From the NCBI GenBank assembly GCA_963661195.1, contig CAVLBD010000007.1, forward strand, positions 2,963-66,962: a stretch of DNA of 64,000 nt. Reading direction: 5' to 3'. The stretch's first letter is position 1, and the number at the start of each line of letters is the position of its first letter. A program made the position numbers and the translations under genes. Below are positions 26,686-37,008 of the stretch, one piece after another. The DNA is from a bacterium. Lineage in GTDB: Bacteria > Bacteroidota > Bacteroidia > Bacteroidales > Bacteroidaceae. The notes under the pieces were generated by a model that saw only the letters and a list, made by a program, of their open reading frames with translations, did no database searches and was not told the DNA's origin.

Positions 26686-27442
26686 TTGTCTTTTGTTCCT
26701 CTTCCACTTGAGCTTCTGTCTTTCCGTAGCGCCTTTGCCTTGTCTGGTAGCTCTCTATCGCCTTGTGGAGGTCGGCTTCGTTGAAGTCTGGCCAGTATGT
26801 ATCGCAAAAGTATAGTTCTGAATATGCTATTTGCCAAAGCAGGAAGTTGGATATTCTCAGCTCTCCACCTGTGCGTATCAGCAAGTCTGGATATGGAATC
26901 ATGCCAGTTGACAGGTTTTGTGCTATGGTATCTTCTGTTATTTCTTCAGATTTGAGCTTTCCTTCTTCTACCTGTTGTGCAATGATTTTCGAGGCTTTAG
27001 TTATCTCCCAGCGTGCGGAATAGCTCAAGGCTACAACCATTGTCATAGCTTTGTTGCCGGCAGTGTGTGCCATTGTTTCCTGTAATTTTTCTTTCACAGC
27101 TTCAGGTAGGCGGTCTATGTCACCGATTACCAAAAAGCGCACGTTGTGTTTCATGAATATCTCGTCTTCAAGAGCAGTTAGAACAAGTCCCATCAGTGCT
27201 GCAATCTCGTCAGATGGCCTGTTCCAATTCTCTGTGGAGAAAGTGTAGAGTGTTAAGTATTTTACTCCAAGCCTTACGCATTCAGATGTAATTCTTCTCA
27301 CTGTGTCCACTCCTGCTTGGTGTCCATAGCTCCGTTCCTTTCCGCGTTCGATAGCCCATCGCCCATTGCCGTCCATGATTACGGCAATGTGCTGAGGTAT
27401 GTGGCCTGTTTTAATACTATTGTTGCTACTGTTATCAGTCAT
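26678..27442 (-). CDS. uppS: Isoprenyl transferase (undecaprenyl-diphosphate synthase)
   Basis: HIAVIMDGNGRWA, ...LTLYTFSTENWNRP and RTGGELRISNFLLWQ are the cis-prenyltransferase signatures. Confidence 0.95.
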   Translation of the reverse strand: MTDNSSNNSIKTGHIPQHIAVIMDGNGRWAIERGKERSYGHQAGVDTVRRITSECVRLGVKYLTLYTFSTENWNRPSDEIAALMGLVLTALEDEIFMKHNVRFLVIGDIDRLPEAVKEKLQETMAHTAGNKAMTMVVALSYSARWEITKASKIIAQQVEEGKLKSEEITEDTIAQNLSTGMIPYPDLLIRTGGELRISNFLLWQIAYSELYFCDTYWPDFNEADLHKAIESYQTRQRRYGKTEAQVEEEQKTNA

Positions 27443-28175
27443 ATTTGTCGCTGTTGCAAGTTCTACATTTCTGCATGAAGCTATATGTAAGCGTCAGTTG
27501 CAGTGCTGAATAGCAGTCGGTATTTTTGAATAGCCCACTGCTTTTTATTCTATACGGGTCTTTTACCCCGTCAAGTTCATCGCTTAAAGAAAAATGCATT
27601 GCCCATTCTATGGCAAGATTTAGGCGTTTCCCTATTTTATACTTTGCTCCTAGTCCGATGGGCATGTTTCCTGTAAATACGCTTTTGCTGTCTGTTTTTG
27701 CATAAGTTGCCCCAATGCCAAGGAATATAAACGGTGTGAGACGTTGCGCCCCGCGGTAGTCGCGTCCCGTTCCGTAAGGCCAAAAGTTATACTCGTATGT
27801 TAGAGATAGGTCTATAGTGGGATTGCTAAAATTGTATTCAGTGTCTTGATAGTCAGGATAGTATGTCTTGACATCCTTAGAACTGCCTTTCAGTGTTCCG
27901 TAAAGGAGGTTCAGCTTCATTCCCATGTAAGGGTTGAATATGCGTCTCAATACGATTGATGCGCATGGTTGTGCTCCTTTTGCTATGTTGCCGTTAAAGT
28001 CACCCTCATACGTGAGCATTCCGATTCCTGCTCCTATCTCCATTTTGTACATATCGTCTTCTTGCGCTTTTGAAGCCGTTGTCGCAAATAGAAACAACGC
28101 CACCGCAAGAACTAGACGTATGCCTGTTGCATGGCAGACTATTTTTTGGAGTTTTTTGTGAAATGTCACGGCCAT
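27435..28175 (-). CDS. Small outer-membrane beta-barrel protein (DUF6089-like)
   Basis: Signal ...ASKA|QEDD, with OmpA/OmpX-like alternating strands. It overlaps uppS by 8 nt. The family name is from memory. Confidence 0.55.
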   Translation of the reverse strand: MAVTFHKKLQKIVCHATGIRLVLAVALFLFATTASKAQEDDMYKMEIGAGIGMLTYEGDFNGNIAKGAQPCASIVLRRIFNPYMGMKLNLLYGTLKGSSKDVKTYYPDYQDTEYNFSNPTIDLSLTYEYNFWPYGTGRDYRGAQRLTPFIFLGIGATYAKTDSKSVFTGNMPIGLGAKYKIGKRLNLAIEWAMHFSLSDELDGVKDPYRIKSSGLFKNTDCYSALQLTLTYSFMQKCRTCNSDKYD

Positions 28176-28263
28176 TTAAACTTGTGTTACCTTATTTATA
28201 TTATATATATTGTTCGATTGCGTTTCTTTTCTGTGAGATGCGCATTAAGGCATGGCGGTGTTG

Positions 28264-29703
28264 CTATCTTGTTGTCTTCCAGCCAAGACGGTTTATTCGC
28301 GTCTTCCAAACTTGTCGTGTGGCGGCTGAAACAATCCAAATGTTGTTAGCAGTATCCACAGTCATGTTTATAGCGTCAGCTTGGGCCGATGTGTCAAAAT
28401 CTGAAGGCAGAGTAAGCGACGTTGATGTCTGCCATGACAATCCCTTATCGTTACTGCAATAAATCTTTTTGTAGGCACTTGTAGTATTGCCGTTAAGCCC
28501 TGCTCCGCCTATTGCTAGGAGACTTCCGTCATATACTACGGTAGAAAGTCCTTGCAAATCTGGTAACATTTGAGAGTTTTCTCCCTCGTATAGCGACCAT
28601 TGATAACTGTTGTCGTTATCGTCAGAACTCTCCAACTTGCCCCAAACGGTTGCGTATTTTGAACCAGTTGATGAGTTTCCTGTCATTATGACGCGATAGA
28701 ATCCGCTATTTGTGGTGAGAGGAAGCGCATTTATCGTAATGTTGTTTGAAGGTAATTGTGTAATAGGAGCATCAAGTGTCTCGCTATTCCATGTGATACC
28801 GTCTGTAGAGGAAGCAATGCCCGTATCTGTCAGAGCGTAAAGCTTTTTCTTGCTTGCGCCAATAAGACGTTTCATGCCAGAAGGGGCTGCATCGCAGTTC
28901 GTCCAATTCTCGCCGTCTTTAGTCTTGATTATTTTGCTCTCGTCAAGCAAGTATAGCCATTCGCCAAGCACTGCGGTGTTTTTATAGACTTCTGCCCCTA
29001 AATTCATACTTGTAGCGATATTGACATGTGTCCAAGAACCAGAAGAATTATTATTGTCTGAGGCCAATATGTAAGTATTGGTCCCGTCGCTTTCAAAAGT
29101 TAGGATACGATTGTTCAGCGCATATATGCGCGCTCCTGTTATTTGTTTGCCGCTTTCTATAGAAGGCAATGACTGGCAATGCCATACGAAAGAGTCCGGT
29201 TGTTCACGGTGTACGTTAAGTTTCACTTTATATTCTCGGCGCGCAGTGCCGTCAGTGGAGAATACATAGAAAAGTCTCGTAGAGTCTGTTGTGGCAAAGT
29301 TTAACGAATCAGAACTTGAATAGTAGTCAAGCGTGTCGCTATCTTCGCGCTTTATTGTAATTACGCCAGAATTTTTGCTTGATACGCTGCATACCACTTT
29401 GCTTATATTCACTCCTGCGGGCAGAGAGTCCGTATTGTATATCTCGCCTTTCTTGTGATTTATAGTCATAGCATAGGAGCTACAGTCAACTGTTGTCGTG
29501 CTGTCAGCTCCATCTGTGGTTTGCTTTATGGTGTCGCCGTTATTGTAAAGGTATGTTTGGTTGAGGGTACCTAATGAAAACGCCGTTATGGCAGCATCGC
29601 CATAGTATGTGATATCCGAAGAGCCGTCATCGTCGCCAAGGCACGAAGCCAGTGTTATAACGCCTGCAAGCAGGATGGTGACGGGAAGGAATTTTCTGTT
29701 CAT
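28264..29703 (-). CDS. Surface lipoprotein with BNR/Asp-box beta-propeller repeats
   Basis: Lipobox ...VITLASC|LGDDD. Three Asp-box-like motifs (TKDGENWT, SSTDGITWN, SNDKGLSWQ) fall in the C-terminal half. Confidence 0.55.
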   Translation of the reverse strand: MNRKFLPVTILLAGVITLASCLGDDDGSSDITYYGDAAITAFSLGTLNQTYLYNNGDTIKQTTDGADSTTTVDCSSYAMTINHKKGEIYNTDSLPAGVNISKVVCSVSSKNSGVITIKREDSDTLDYYSSSDSLNFATTDSTRLFYVFSTDGTARREYKVKLNVHREQPDSFVWHCQSLPSIESGKQITGARIYALNNRILTFESDGTNTYILASDNNNSSGSWTHVNIATSMNLGAEVYKNTAVLGEWLYLLDESKIIKTKDGENWTNCDAAPSGMKRLIGASKKKLYALTDTGIASSTDGITWNSETLDAPITQLPSNNITINALPLTTNSGFYRVIMTGNSSTGSKYATVWGKLESSDDNDNSYQWSLYEGENSQMLPDLQGLSTVVYDGSLLAIGGAGLNGNTTSAYKKIYCSNDKGLSWQTSTSLTLPSDFDTSAQADAINMTVDTANNIWIVSAATRQVWKTRINRLGWKTTR

Positions 29704-29731
29704 GTTTCGTCTATTTGCGTAAATTTAGCTG

Positions 29732-29739
29732 CAAATGTA
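29732..29739 (-). promoter_or_regulatory. -7 box (TAcaTTTG on the minus strand) upstream of the Asp-box lipoprotein gene
   Basis: Plus-strand CAAATGTA, 29 nt upstream of the ATG at 29703. Confidence 0.45.
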
Positions 29740-29856
29740 GTCAGAATATTCGGAAAACCGTTCTTTACAAATGCTTTATTATATTAAATAAGCCTATTAT
29801 TGAGGTTTTTTAGAAAAACAAAAGATGCTTTTCCAGTGTTTTTCTTGATAAAACAG

Positions 29857-29883
29857 AAAAAGCTCTCGCTTTCAGAGCTTTTT
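29857..29883 (-). terminator. Terminator of upp
   Basis: Stem AAAAAGCTCT / AGAGCTTTTT with loop CGCTTTC, flanked by A and T runs. Confidence 0.75.
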
Positions 29884-29973
29884 ATATATGCCAAATCCTC
29901 TGCAAAGGGTGTAACTTTATGTTTATACGCCTTTGTATAGGATTATGTTTTTCTGTATGTTTATGTCAGAAAT

Positions 29974-30633
29974 TTATAGTTTGTCGCCGTAACACAGGTC
30001 GCCGCAATCACCGAATCCCGGTACGATATATTTGTGTTCGTTAAGTTCTGGATCAATAGCAGCGCACCAAACGGAAGTTTTGTCTTCGGGAAGGTGTTTC
30101 TTTACGTATTCAATACCCTGCGGTGTTGCTATAACACAAGCCACATAGATGTGTTTCGGCTGTCCTTTTGATACGAGGGCTTCGTAGCCAAGCTCCATTG
30201 AACCGCCTGTAGCAAGCATCGGGTCGGCAATGATTAGTGTCTTTCCCGTCAAGTCTGGCGTAGCGAGATATTCCACATGTATGTCAACTTGTGTATGTTC
30301 TTCGTTGGTGTATTTGCGGTATGCACTGACGAAAGCGTTGTTGGCGTGGTCAAATACATCAAGAAATCCGTTGTGAAATGGCAGTCCGGCGCGGAATATT
30401 GTGGCTATCACGATGTTGTCTGTGGGCTTGTTTACTATAGTGTCAGCAAGTGGTGTGCTTACTGTTTGTGGTTCATAATCAAAAGATTTGCTCATTTCGT
30501 AAGCCATCATCATCCCTATACGTCTGATGTTGTTGCGGAATAGCAGCCGGTTTTTCTGGTATTCCTTGTCGCGTAGCTCTGCGAGATACTGGTTAATTAC
30601 TGTGTTCTGTTCGCTAAAATTTGTTATTTTCAT
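29974..30633 (-). CDS. upp: Uracil phosphoribosyltransferase
   Basis: From Met61 of the listed ORF the product reads MKITNFSEQNTVINQYLAELRD... It carries the PRPP-binding loop LIIADPMLATGGS and ends ...YIVPGFGDCGDLCYG. The 60-aa upstream extension is Cys/Phe-rich junk and contains the promoter box. Confidence 0.9.
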   Translation of the reverse strand: MKITNFSEQNTVINQYLAELRDKEYQKNRLLFRNNIRRIGMMMAYEMSKSFDYEPQTVSTPLADTIVNKPTDNIVIATIFRAGLPFHNGFLDVFDHANNAFVSAYRKYTNEEHTQVDIHVEYLATPDLTGKTLIIADPMLATGGSMELGYEALVSKGQPKHIYVACVIATPQGIEYVKKHLPEDKTSVWCAAIDPELNEHKYIVPGFGDCGDLCYGDKL

Positions 30634-30745
30634 GTGAGGATAATATGTATTTTGTTCTTTTGCAAATGGTTTATTTAGGATTACTCGTTCTTTGTAAGCA
30701 CAAATCATAAAGCTGCTCCGCTGTATGCACTGGTAAACGTCCGTG

Positions 30746-30753
30746 CAAAAGTA
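30746..30753 (-). promoter_or_regulatory. -7 box (TActTTTG on the minus strand) upstream of upp
   Basis: Plus-strand CAAAAGTA, 113 nt upstream of the ATG at 30633. Confidence 0.4.
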
Positions 30754-30891
30754 AGAAAAACAGAAACATAATTGTAACTTGCAATTTGCAAAAAAATGTC
30801 GGCTACCGCGCATTTAAACAACTTTAACCTAAAAAAAAAGGACACTGTGTAATTTAGATAACTCAGACTTTGCCGAAAAATAGTTTTTTGT

Positions 30892-30899
30892 TACCTTTG
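30892..30899 (+). promoter_or_regulatory. -7 box TAccTTTG upstream of pckA
   Basis: Exact TAnnTTTG, 95 nt upstream of the ATG at 30994. Confidence 0.45.
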
Positions 30900-30993
30900 C
30901 CACGATTTTAGGGCAATAACTTATTGCCAATGCAGCAGGTATTATGCAGATAAAAAGAGAAATATTCACACTTACTTAATACATAAATAAACA

Positions 30994-32607
30994 ATGGCAA
31001 AGTTTGATAAGTCAGTTTTAGAGAAGTATGGAATCACAGGCACGACTGAGGTTCTTTACAACCCCTCTTATGAAGTATTGTTCAACGAAGAGACAAAAGA
31101 AGGTCTTGAAGGTTTTGAGGTAGGTCAGGAGACCGAACTCGGTGCCGTTAACGTGATGACAGGTATCTATACCGGCCGTTCACCTAAGGATAAGTTCATC
31201 GTTGATGATGAGAACTCTCACGATACCGTATGGTGGACTTCAGAGGAATATAAAAACGACAACCACCGCGCCACCAAGGAAGCTTGGTCCGCAGTGAAGG
31301 AAATCGCCAAGAAGGAACTTTCAAACAAGAAGCTTTATGTTGTTGACGGCTTCTGCGGTACTCATAAGGACACTCGCATGAAGGTTCGCTTCATCGTTGA
31401 AGTTGCATGGCAGGCACACTTCGTTACAAACATGTTCATACGTCCTCAGAACGAGGCTGAGTTCGATCAGGAGCCAGATTTCATCGTATACAACGCTTCA
31501 AAGGCAAAGGTTGAGAACTACAAGGAGCTTGGTTTGAATTCAGAAACAGCCGTAGTCTTCAACGTAACAAGCAAGGAGCAGGTTATCATCAACACATGGT
31601 ATGGTGGTGAGATGAAGAAGGGTATGTTCTCAATGATGAACTACTTCCTTCCTCTCAAGGGCATGGCTTCAATGCACTGCTCTGCCAATACAGACATGAA
31701 CGGTGAGAATACAGCTATTTTCTTCGGCCTTTCAGGTACAGGAAAGACAACTCTTTCAACAGACCCGAAGCGTAAGCTCATCGGCGATGACGAACACGGA
31801 TGGGATGACGAGGGCGTGTTCAACTTTGAAGGTGGTTGCTATGCAAAGGTTATCAACCTTGACAAAGAGTCTGAGCCTGATATCTACAACGCAATCCGTC
31901 GCGATGCACTTCTTGAGAACGTTACTGTTGACAAGGATGGCAAGATTGATTTTGCAGACAAGAGCGTAACCGAGAATACTCGTGTTTCATATCCTATCTA
32001 TCACATCAAGAACATACAGCGTCCATATTCTCAAGGTCCTGCAGCAAAGCAGGTAATCTTCCTTTCTGCAGATGCATTTGGAGTGCTTCCTCCAGTGTCT
32101 ATCCTGAACGCAGAGCAGACAAAATACTATTTCCTTTCAGGATTCACAGCTAAGCTTGCAGGAACAGAGCGCGGTATCACCGAGCCAACTCCAACATTCT
32201 CTGCTTGCTTCGGCCAGGCCTTCTTGGAATTGCATCCAACTAAGTATGCTGAGGAACTTGTAAAGAAGATGGAGAAGAGCGGTGCTAAGGCATATCTTGT
32301 TAATACAGGTTGGAACGGAACTGGTAAGCGTATCTCTATCCGTGATACACGTGGTATTATTGATGCAATCCTCGATCACTCTATCGACGCAGCTCCTACA
32401 AAGGAGATTCCTTTCTTCAACTTTGTTGTTCCAACACAGCTTGAAGGTGTTGATCCTAACATTCTTGATCCTCGCGATACTTACGCTGACGCTTCAGAAT
32501 GGGAAGCAAAGGCAAAGGATCTTGCAGAGCGTTTCATCAAGAACTTCAAGAAGTACGAGACAAACGAGGCAGGTAAGGCTCTTGTAGCTGCTGGTCCTCA
32601 ACTCTAA
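30994..32607 (+). CDS. pckA: Phosphoenolpyruvate carboxykinase (ATP)
   Basis: Motifs are the kinase-1a loop [18 protein letters not shown] and ...NTGWNG. Length is 537 aa. Confidence 0.97.
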   Translation: MAKFDKSVLEKYGITGTTEVLYNPSYEVLFNEETKEGLEGFEVGQETELGAVNVMTGIYTGRSPKDKFIVDDENSHDTVWWTSEEYKNDNHRATKEAWSAVKEIAKKELSNKKLYVVDGFCGTHKDTRMKVRFIVEVAWQAHFVTNMFIRPQNEAEFDQEPDFIVYNASKAKVENYKELGLNSETAVVFNVTSKEQVIINTWYGGEMKKGMFSMMNYFLPLKGMASMHCSANTDMNGENTAIFFGLSGTGKTTLSTDPKRKLIGDDEHGWDDEGVFNFEGGCYAKVINLDKESEPDIYNAIRRDALLENVTVDKDGKIDFADKSVTENTRVSYPIYHIKNIQRPYSQGPAAKQVIFLSADAFGVLPPVSILNAEQTKYYFLSGFTAKLAGTERGITEPTPTFSACFGQAFLELHPTKYAEELVKKMEKSGAKAYLVNTGWNGTGKRISIRDTRGIIDAILDHSIDAAPTKEIPFFNFVVPTQLEGVDPNILDPRDTYADASEWEAKAKDLAERFIKNFKKYETNEAGKALVAAGPQL

Positions 32608-32671
32608 TCTTTGTTCAAGAAACAATAACAGGTGTTGGCATACCATTGTGGTGTACTAACCATATTGAAAT

Positions 32672-32716
32672 AAAAATCCGCCCACGCAATAATTGTTGTG
32701 TGGGCGGATTTTTTGT
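32672..32716. terminator. Bidirectional terminator between pckA and the GH43-like gene
   Basis: Stem AATCCGCCCAC (32675-32685) / GTGGGCGGATT (32700-32710), flanked by AAAA and TTTTT. Confidence 0.85.
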
Positions 32717-32730
32717 ATTCAATTGTTGCT

Positions 32731-33768
32731 TTATTTCTTATTGAACGTTTTCAGTATCTTTTCTAATTGTTTAGTCGATACTTTCACGATAGTACCGTGC
32801 TTATGTTTTATCGGAATAGAAATATCGTCTTTCATCGATGTGAACGTTTTGAAGTCGCTCGTCTTTACGGCAGTGTACTCTTGCGGGTGATACTGGTCGA
32901 AGTATATAGCCCACTCCTTGTCGTTGATTTTTACAGCGCACGGGCCTTCAGAAAAAGTGCGCGAGAACTTCTCCGTAGGGCTATGGAATGGTCCGTATGG
33001 CGAGTCGGAGAATACGCAGAAGAGATTGCTGAAACCAGGTTTACGATTGTCTTTCACTACGAGAACATAGTCTTTAGGAGCACGTTTCAGTAGATAAGCG
33101 TCAATGCTGTTAAAGCCTGGGTCATAATATCTCTTGGCAGGAGAGAATGTTTTGAAGTCGCGCGTAGTTGTATACCACAGGCGATGACAGTTGTTTTTGC
33201 CCAGTTTGTCAGCTTCGGTGTATTCTTTAGGCGAAATCATTGATGAGTATATGATTAGGAACTGTCCTTCAACGTCATCGTAGAACAGCTCAGGTGCCCA
33301 TACGTTATTTGTGGGAATGTCTTTCATAACAGGTATTTCCCGTTGCTTTGACCAATGGATTAGATCCTTTGAACTGGCGTATCCGAATCCCCTGCTGCCC
33401 GACCATTGCGTTGTCCATACTAGATGGAACGTACCGTCAGGTCCCTGCACGATGGAAGGGTCGCGTAAGCATTTTTGTTCGGGGGCGAATTTCGGCCACC
33501 GTTCCTCTCCAGTGAAAGCGTCTGTATATTTGCTTGTATTTCCAATTGTTGGAGCCATTATTATTCCGGGTATGGTATCCCAGTGCATAGCATCGTAACT
33601 ATAGAGATATTCCATCCCGTTGACAGATGGTTCGCTGAAAGATGTGAATATGTATGCGCTGTCGTTTTTGCAGCTTTCTGCATTATTGGGCTTGCTTGGA
33701 AGTGCGGCATGTGAGGCAGAGCAGATAGCTGCTACTGCCAATGATGCTAGGATGTGTTTCTTTTTCAT
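32731..33768 (-). CDS. GH43-like five-bladed beta-propeller glycoside hydrolase, secreted
   Basis: A signal peptide is present. LRDPSIV (candidate catalytic base Asp), VWAPELF and FSEGPCAV (candidate catalytic acid Glu) are spaced as in GH43 enzymes. The subfamily is unknown. Confidence 0.55.
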   Translation of the reverse strand: MKKKHILASLAVAAICSASHAALPSKPNNAESCKNDSAYIFTSFSEPSVNGMEYLYSYDAMHWDTIPGIIMAPTIGNTSKYTDAFTGEERWPKFAPEQKCLRDPSIVQGPDGTFHLVWTTQWSGSRGFGYASSKDLIHWSKQREIPVMKDIPTNNVWAPELFYDDVEGQFLIIYSSMISPKEYTEADKLGKNNCHRLWYTTTRDFKTFSPAKRYYDPGFNSIDAYLLKRAPKDYVLVVKDNRKPGFSNLFCVFSDSPYGPFHSPTEKFSRTFSEGPCAVKINDKEWAIYFDQYHPQEYTAVKTSDFKTFTSMKDDISIPIKHKHGTIVKVSTKQLEKILKTFNKK

Positions 33769-33924
33769 GTCTTCTTGCGGTTTTGTTAGTTATTCATAAT
33801 GACGCAATGCGCAATGAAACGTAACCTACGCCGCACGGTGTTGAAATTGTTCCCGCGGGTAAAAGAGAAAATCCCCGCGGTATTGTTTCCTTCTTTTTGC
33901 GGGCATCGTATGGAAACTATTGGG

Positions 33925-33979
33925 AATAAAAAAGCTCAAGCCATGTATAGACCTATTCTTGTCAAATACGTGGCTTGAG
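33925..33979 (-). terminator. Probable terminator of the sirtuin-OPT transcription unit
   Basis: Stem CTCAAGCCA (33935-33943) / TGGCTTGAG (33971-33979) with a long 27-nt loop. The minus strand continues CTTTTTTATT. Confidence 0.4.
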
Positions 33980-34051
33980 AATTATGATTATGCGCTATTG
34001 AGTCAGCGCAGTTTTATTGTTTATCTGTCGTTTAACAAGTAATCATTAGGG

Positions 34052-36046
34052 TTACTTCTTTTCTTCTTTCACTTTTGTTGCCCATACGAAATACAGAATC
34101 AGCAGGATATAGGCAACTAGAGAAAGTATTTCCGACCATGCGTTTGACCACCATTGTTCGTAGTCGAACTGTACGCCAGCAAAGCGCAACAATGCGCTGA
34201 CAACGCCCATCAGTGCACCACCTGCAATGAAACCGCTTGCAATAAGTGTGCCTTTTTCTCCACGCGCCTTGTTTAGAGCTTCATCCTTTGAGCGTGATGT
34301 AACGAACCAGTTAATGAATCCTCCTATGAGTAGCGGAGTGTTGAGTTCAATAGGTATGAACATACCGAGTGCGAACGCCAGGGCCGGCACCTTCATCCAT
34401 GTCAGAATGATGGCTATTACGGCTCCGATAGCATATAGCAACCATGGAGCCCCCACACCGTTCATGAGAGGGTCTATCACTGCTGCCATGGCGTTAGCTT
34501 GCGGAGCGGCAAGCTGCCCGCTGGCAAAGCCGTAAGTGTGGTTCAGCAACATCATGACTCCGCCAACCGTAGCGGCAGAAACAAGTGTGCCAAGGAATTT
34601 CCATGTTTCCTGTTTCTTCGGTGTTGTGCCCAGCCAGTATCCGATTTTCAAGTCAGTGATGAACGCTCCTGCCATAGAGAGAGCCGTACATACAACGCCG
34701 CCCATGATAAGTGCGGCCAACATGCCGCCCGTACCTTTCAAACCTACGGCAACCATAACAACAGAAGCAAGGATAAGAGTCATAAGCGTCATGCCCGACA
34801 CGGGGTTGCTGCCGACTATAGCAATGGCATTGGCAGCCACTGTAGTAAAAAGAAATGCGATAACGGCAACAAGCAGTATTCCTACGACTGCAAAGAGTAG
34901 GTTGCCCTCCATAACACCGAAGAGAAAGAATCCGAATGTCAAGAGAATTGTAACCACGGAGCCGATTGCGATAATTCTGAATGAAATGTCTTTCTGTGTG
35001 CGCGGCAGATTATCTGTAGAAGAACCCTTGCCTTTCATTTCTTTTGCGGCAAGCGATACGGCACTTTTAATAATGCCCCAACTTTTTATTATACCGATTA
35101 TACCAGCCATAGCAATGCCGCCAATGCCAATACTCTTTCCGTAGTATTTGAAAATAAGCTCAGGACTCATGCTTCCCACGGTCTGGCTAATTTCCGGATT
35201 CCAAGTGTTTAGCACTTGATCGTGGAAAAGTAGTGACATTCCCGGAACGAGTAGCCACCATACCGCTAGCGAACCGAGTGTGATGATGAACGCATATTTT
35301 AGTCCAACAATATATCCGAGGCCAAAAACCGCGGCGCCAGTATTGACTTTGAATACCAACTTTGCCTTATCCGCCAGCATCTCGCCGAAACCTATTACGC
35401 GTGTTGTGAAATTCTCGTTCCACCATCCGAATGTAGCCACAACAAAATCATATAGTCCGCCTACAATTCCGGCCAATAGCAACGGCTTCGCCTGACTTCC
35501 GCCTTTAGCTCCGGAAACAAGCACTTGCGTGGTAGCTGTTGCTTCTGGGAAAGGATATTTGCCATGCATGTCGCTGACGAAATATTTTCGGAATGGTATA
35601 AGGAAAAGAATGCCAATGATTCCGCCGAGCAACGAACTGAGGAAAATCTTAAAGAACGAAACACTCATGTCTGGATATTTGGCTTGCAGGATGTATATCG
35701 CAGGTAGGGTGAATATAGCCCCGGCCACTACTGCTCCGGAACAAGCTCCGATACTCTGTATTATGACGTTCTCACCGAGGGCTTTGTTGCGCTTCGTTGC
35801 AGTGGAAACTCCCACAGCGATGATGGCGATGGGGATGGCAGCTTCGAACACTTGTCCGACTTTCAGCCCCAGGTATGCGGCGGCGGCAGAAAAAAGCATT
35901 GTCATGATGATGCCCCATGACACGGACCAAAGATTAACTTCGGGATAAACCTTACCTGGACTCATTACCGGTTCATAGCTTTCCCCTTCTTTTAGTTCCC
36001 GAAAGGCGTTCTCGGGCAACTGGAGGTTTTCTTTTGTTTCTTCCAT
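34052..36046 (-). CDS. OPT-family oligopeptide transporter
   Basis: The 664-aa ORF has about 16 TM helices. The N-terminus ...SWGIIMTMLFSAAAAYLGLKVGQVFEAAIPIAII matches the conserved OPT opening. Confidence 0.85.
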   Translation of the reverse strand: MEETKENLQLPENAFRELKEGESYEPVMSPGKVYPEVNLWSVSWGIIMTMLFSAAAAYLGLKVGQVFEAAIPIAIIAVGVSTATKRNKALGENVIIQSIGACSGAVVAGAIFTLPAIYILQAKYPDMSVSFFKIFLSSLLGGIIGILFLIPFRKYFVSDMHGKYPFPEATATTQVLVSGAKGGSQAKPLLLAGIVGGLYDFVVATFGWWNENFTTRVIGFGEMLADKAKLVFKVNTGAAVFGLGYIVGLKYAFIITLGSLAVWWLLVPGMSLLFHDQVLNTWNPEISQTVGSMSPELIFKYYGKSIGIGGIAMAGIIGIIKSWGIIKSAVSLAAKEMKGKGSSTDNLPRTQKDISFRIIAIGSVVTILLTFGFFLFGVMEGNLLFAVVGILLVAVIAFLFTTVAANAIAIVGSNPVSGMTLMTLILASVVMVAVGLKGTGGMLAALIMGGVVCTALSMAGAFITDLKIGYWLGTTPKKQETWKFLGTLVSAATVGGVMMLLNHTYGFASGQLAAPQANAMAAVIDPLMNGVGAPWLLYAIGAVIAIILTWMKVPALAFALGMFIPIELNTPLLIGGFINWFVTSRSKDEALNKARGEKGTLIASGFIAGGALMGVVSALLRFAGVQFDYEQWWSNAWSEILSLVAYILLILYFVWATKVKEEKK

Positions 36047-36057
36047 ATTTTAGAGTG

Positions 36058-36765
36058 TTATTGATTTTCTTTGTTCAGAAGCTCTGACAATTCCTCCATT
36101 CCTGCAGATGCACCCTTCACGATTTGCTGGACGCTGCGGCGTGAACTGCTTATTGCAGGCTTGGGGTCGATAAGGTAGACAGGCGTGCCGGGCTTCACGT
36201 ATTCAATGAGTCCGGCTGCGGGGTAAACAGCGAGCGAAGTGCCGATGATAATGAAAATGTCTGCTTTCTTAACCTTTTCGATTGCAGGCTCAATCATTGG
36301 CACACTTTCGCCGAAGAATACTATAAACGGACGTAGCAGAGAACCGTCGCCAGTCTTCTCGCCATGAGCCACAGAAAGGTGGTCTTTGTCCAATTCCTTT
36401 ATGAAAAAGGGGTTATAGGCATCGTGTGAGGAACAAACTTTCATAAGTTCGCCATGTAGATGTATTACATTTGTGGAACCAGCCTTTTCGTGCAAGTTGT
36501 CTACGTTCTGCGTAACGACACATACTTCAAAGTGTTTTTCCAGCTCTGCCACCAACTCGTGCCCACGATTTGGCTTTGCCGCAAGAAGTTTTGCGCGAAG
36601 CATATTGTAGAAATCGTTAACATAGTTAGGGTCTTCCTCCCATGCTTCATGGGTTGCGACGCGGCTCACTGGATAATTTTCCCACAGTCCATCGGCATCG
36701 CGGAACGTGCTTAGCCCACTCTCCGCCGACATTCCGGCTCCCGTAAGTACAACAATCTTCTTCAT
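36058..36765 (-). CDS. NAD-dependent protein deacylase (Sir2/CobB family)
   Basis: GAGMSAESGLSTFR, QNVDNLH, catalytic HLHG and GTSLAVYPA are present. It ends 11 nt upstream of the OPT gene. Confidence 0.9.
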   Translation of the reverse strand: MKKIVVLTGAGMSAESGLSTFRDADGLWENYPVSRVATHEAWEEDPNYVNDFYNMLRAKLLAAKPNRGHELVAELEKHFEVCVVTQNVDNLHEKAGSTNVIHLHGELMKVCSSHDAYNPFFIKELDKDHLSVAHGEKTGDGSLLRPFIVFFGESVPMIEPAIEKVKKADIFIIIGTSLAVYPAAGLIEYVKPGTPVYLIDPKPAISSSRRSVQQIVKGASAGMEELSELLNKENQ

Positions 36766-36867
36766 ATCTTTCCTGTTTTAAGGTTTGTTGCGTGAAATAC
36801 GCTCGGCTTTGTTGCTTAGCTTCCCGTTATAAGTTATAAAATGATTTAAGAATGTTTTAAGAAAGCA

Positions 36868-36875
36868 CAAAATTA
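36868..36875 (-). promoter_or_regulatory. -7 box (TAatTTTG on the minus strand) upstream of the sirtuin gene
   Basis: Plus-strand CAAAATTA, about 100 nt upstream of the ATG at 36765. Confidence 0.4.
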
Positions 36876-36918
36876 GCGTTTTTTCTTCAATCGGGTACAC
36901 TTAGTCAGATAAAAATAG

Positions 36919-36926
36919 TACCTTTG
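36919..36926 (+). promoter_or_regulatory. -7 box TAccTTTG upstream of the FKBP array
   Basis: Exact TAnnTTTG, 83 nt upstream of the ATG at 37009. Confidence 0.45.
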
Positions 36927-37008
36927 TGCGCTTTTGATACCCTACACGCTAACAAATATGCATGGAGGAAAAGGCAAAGAATATAAACGAACGCATTAAA
37001 AGACAGAA

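Noticed and set aside
34227-35948. Several 100-200-aa plus-strand ORFs inside the OPT transporter gene
   Set aside because: They are shadow ORFs of a hydrophobic, codon-biased membrane-protein gene. The Pro/Ala/Ser-rich translations have no starts tied to promoters.
36058-36765. Sir2-domain gene considered as an anti-phage defence component (Thoeris/DSR-like)
   Set aside because: At 235 aa it is a minimal CobB-type deacylase with all housekeeping motifs. It has no fused effector or sensor domain and no ThsB/TIR partner, and it is embedded in core metabolism genes.
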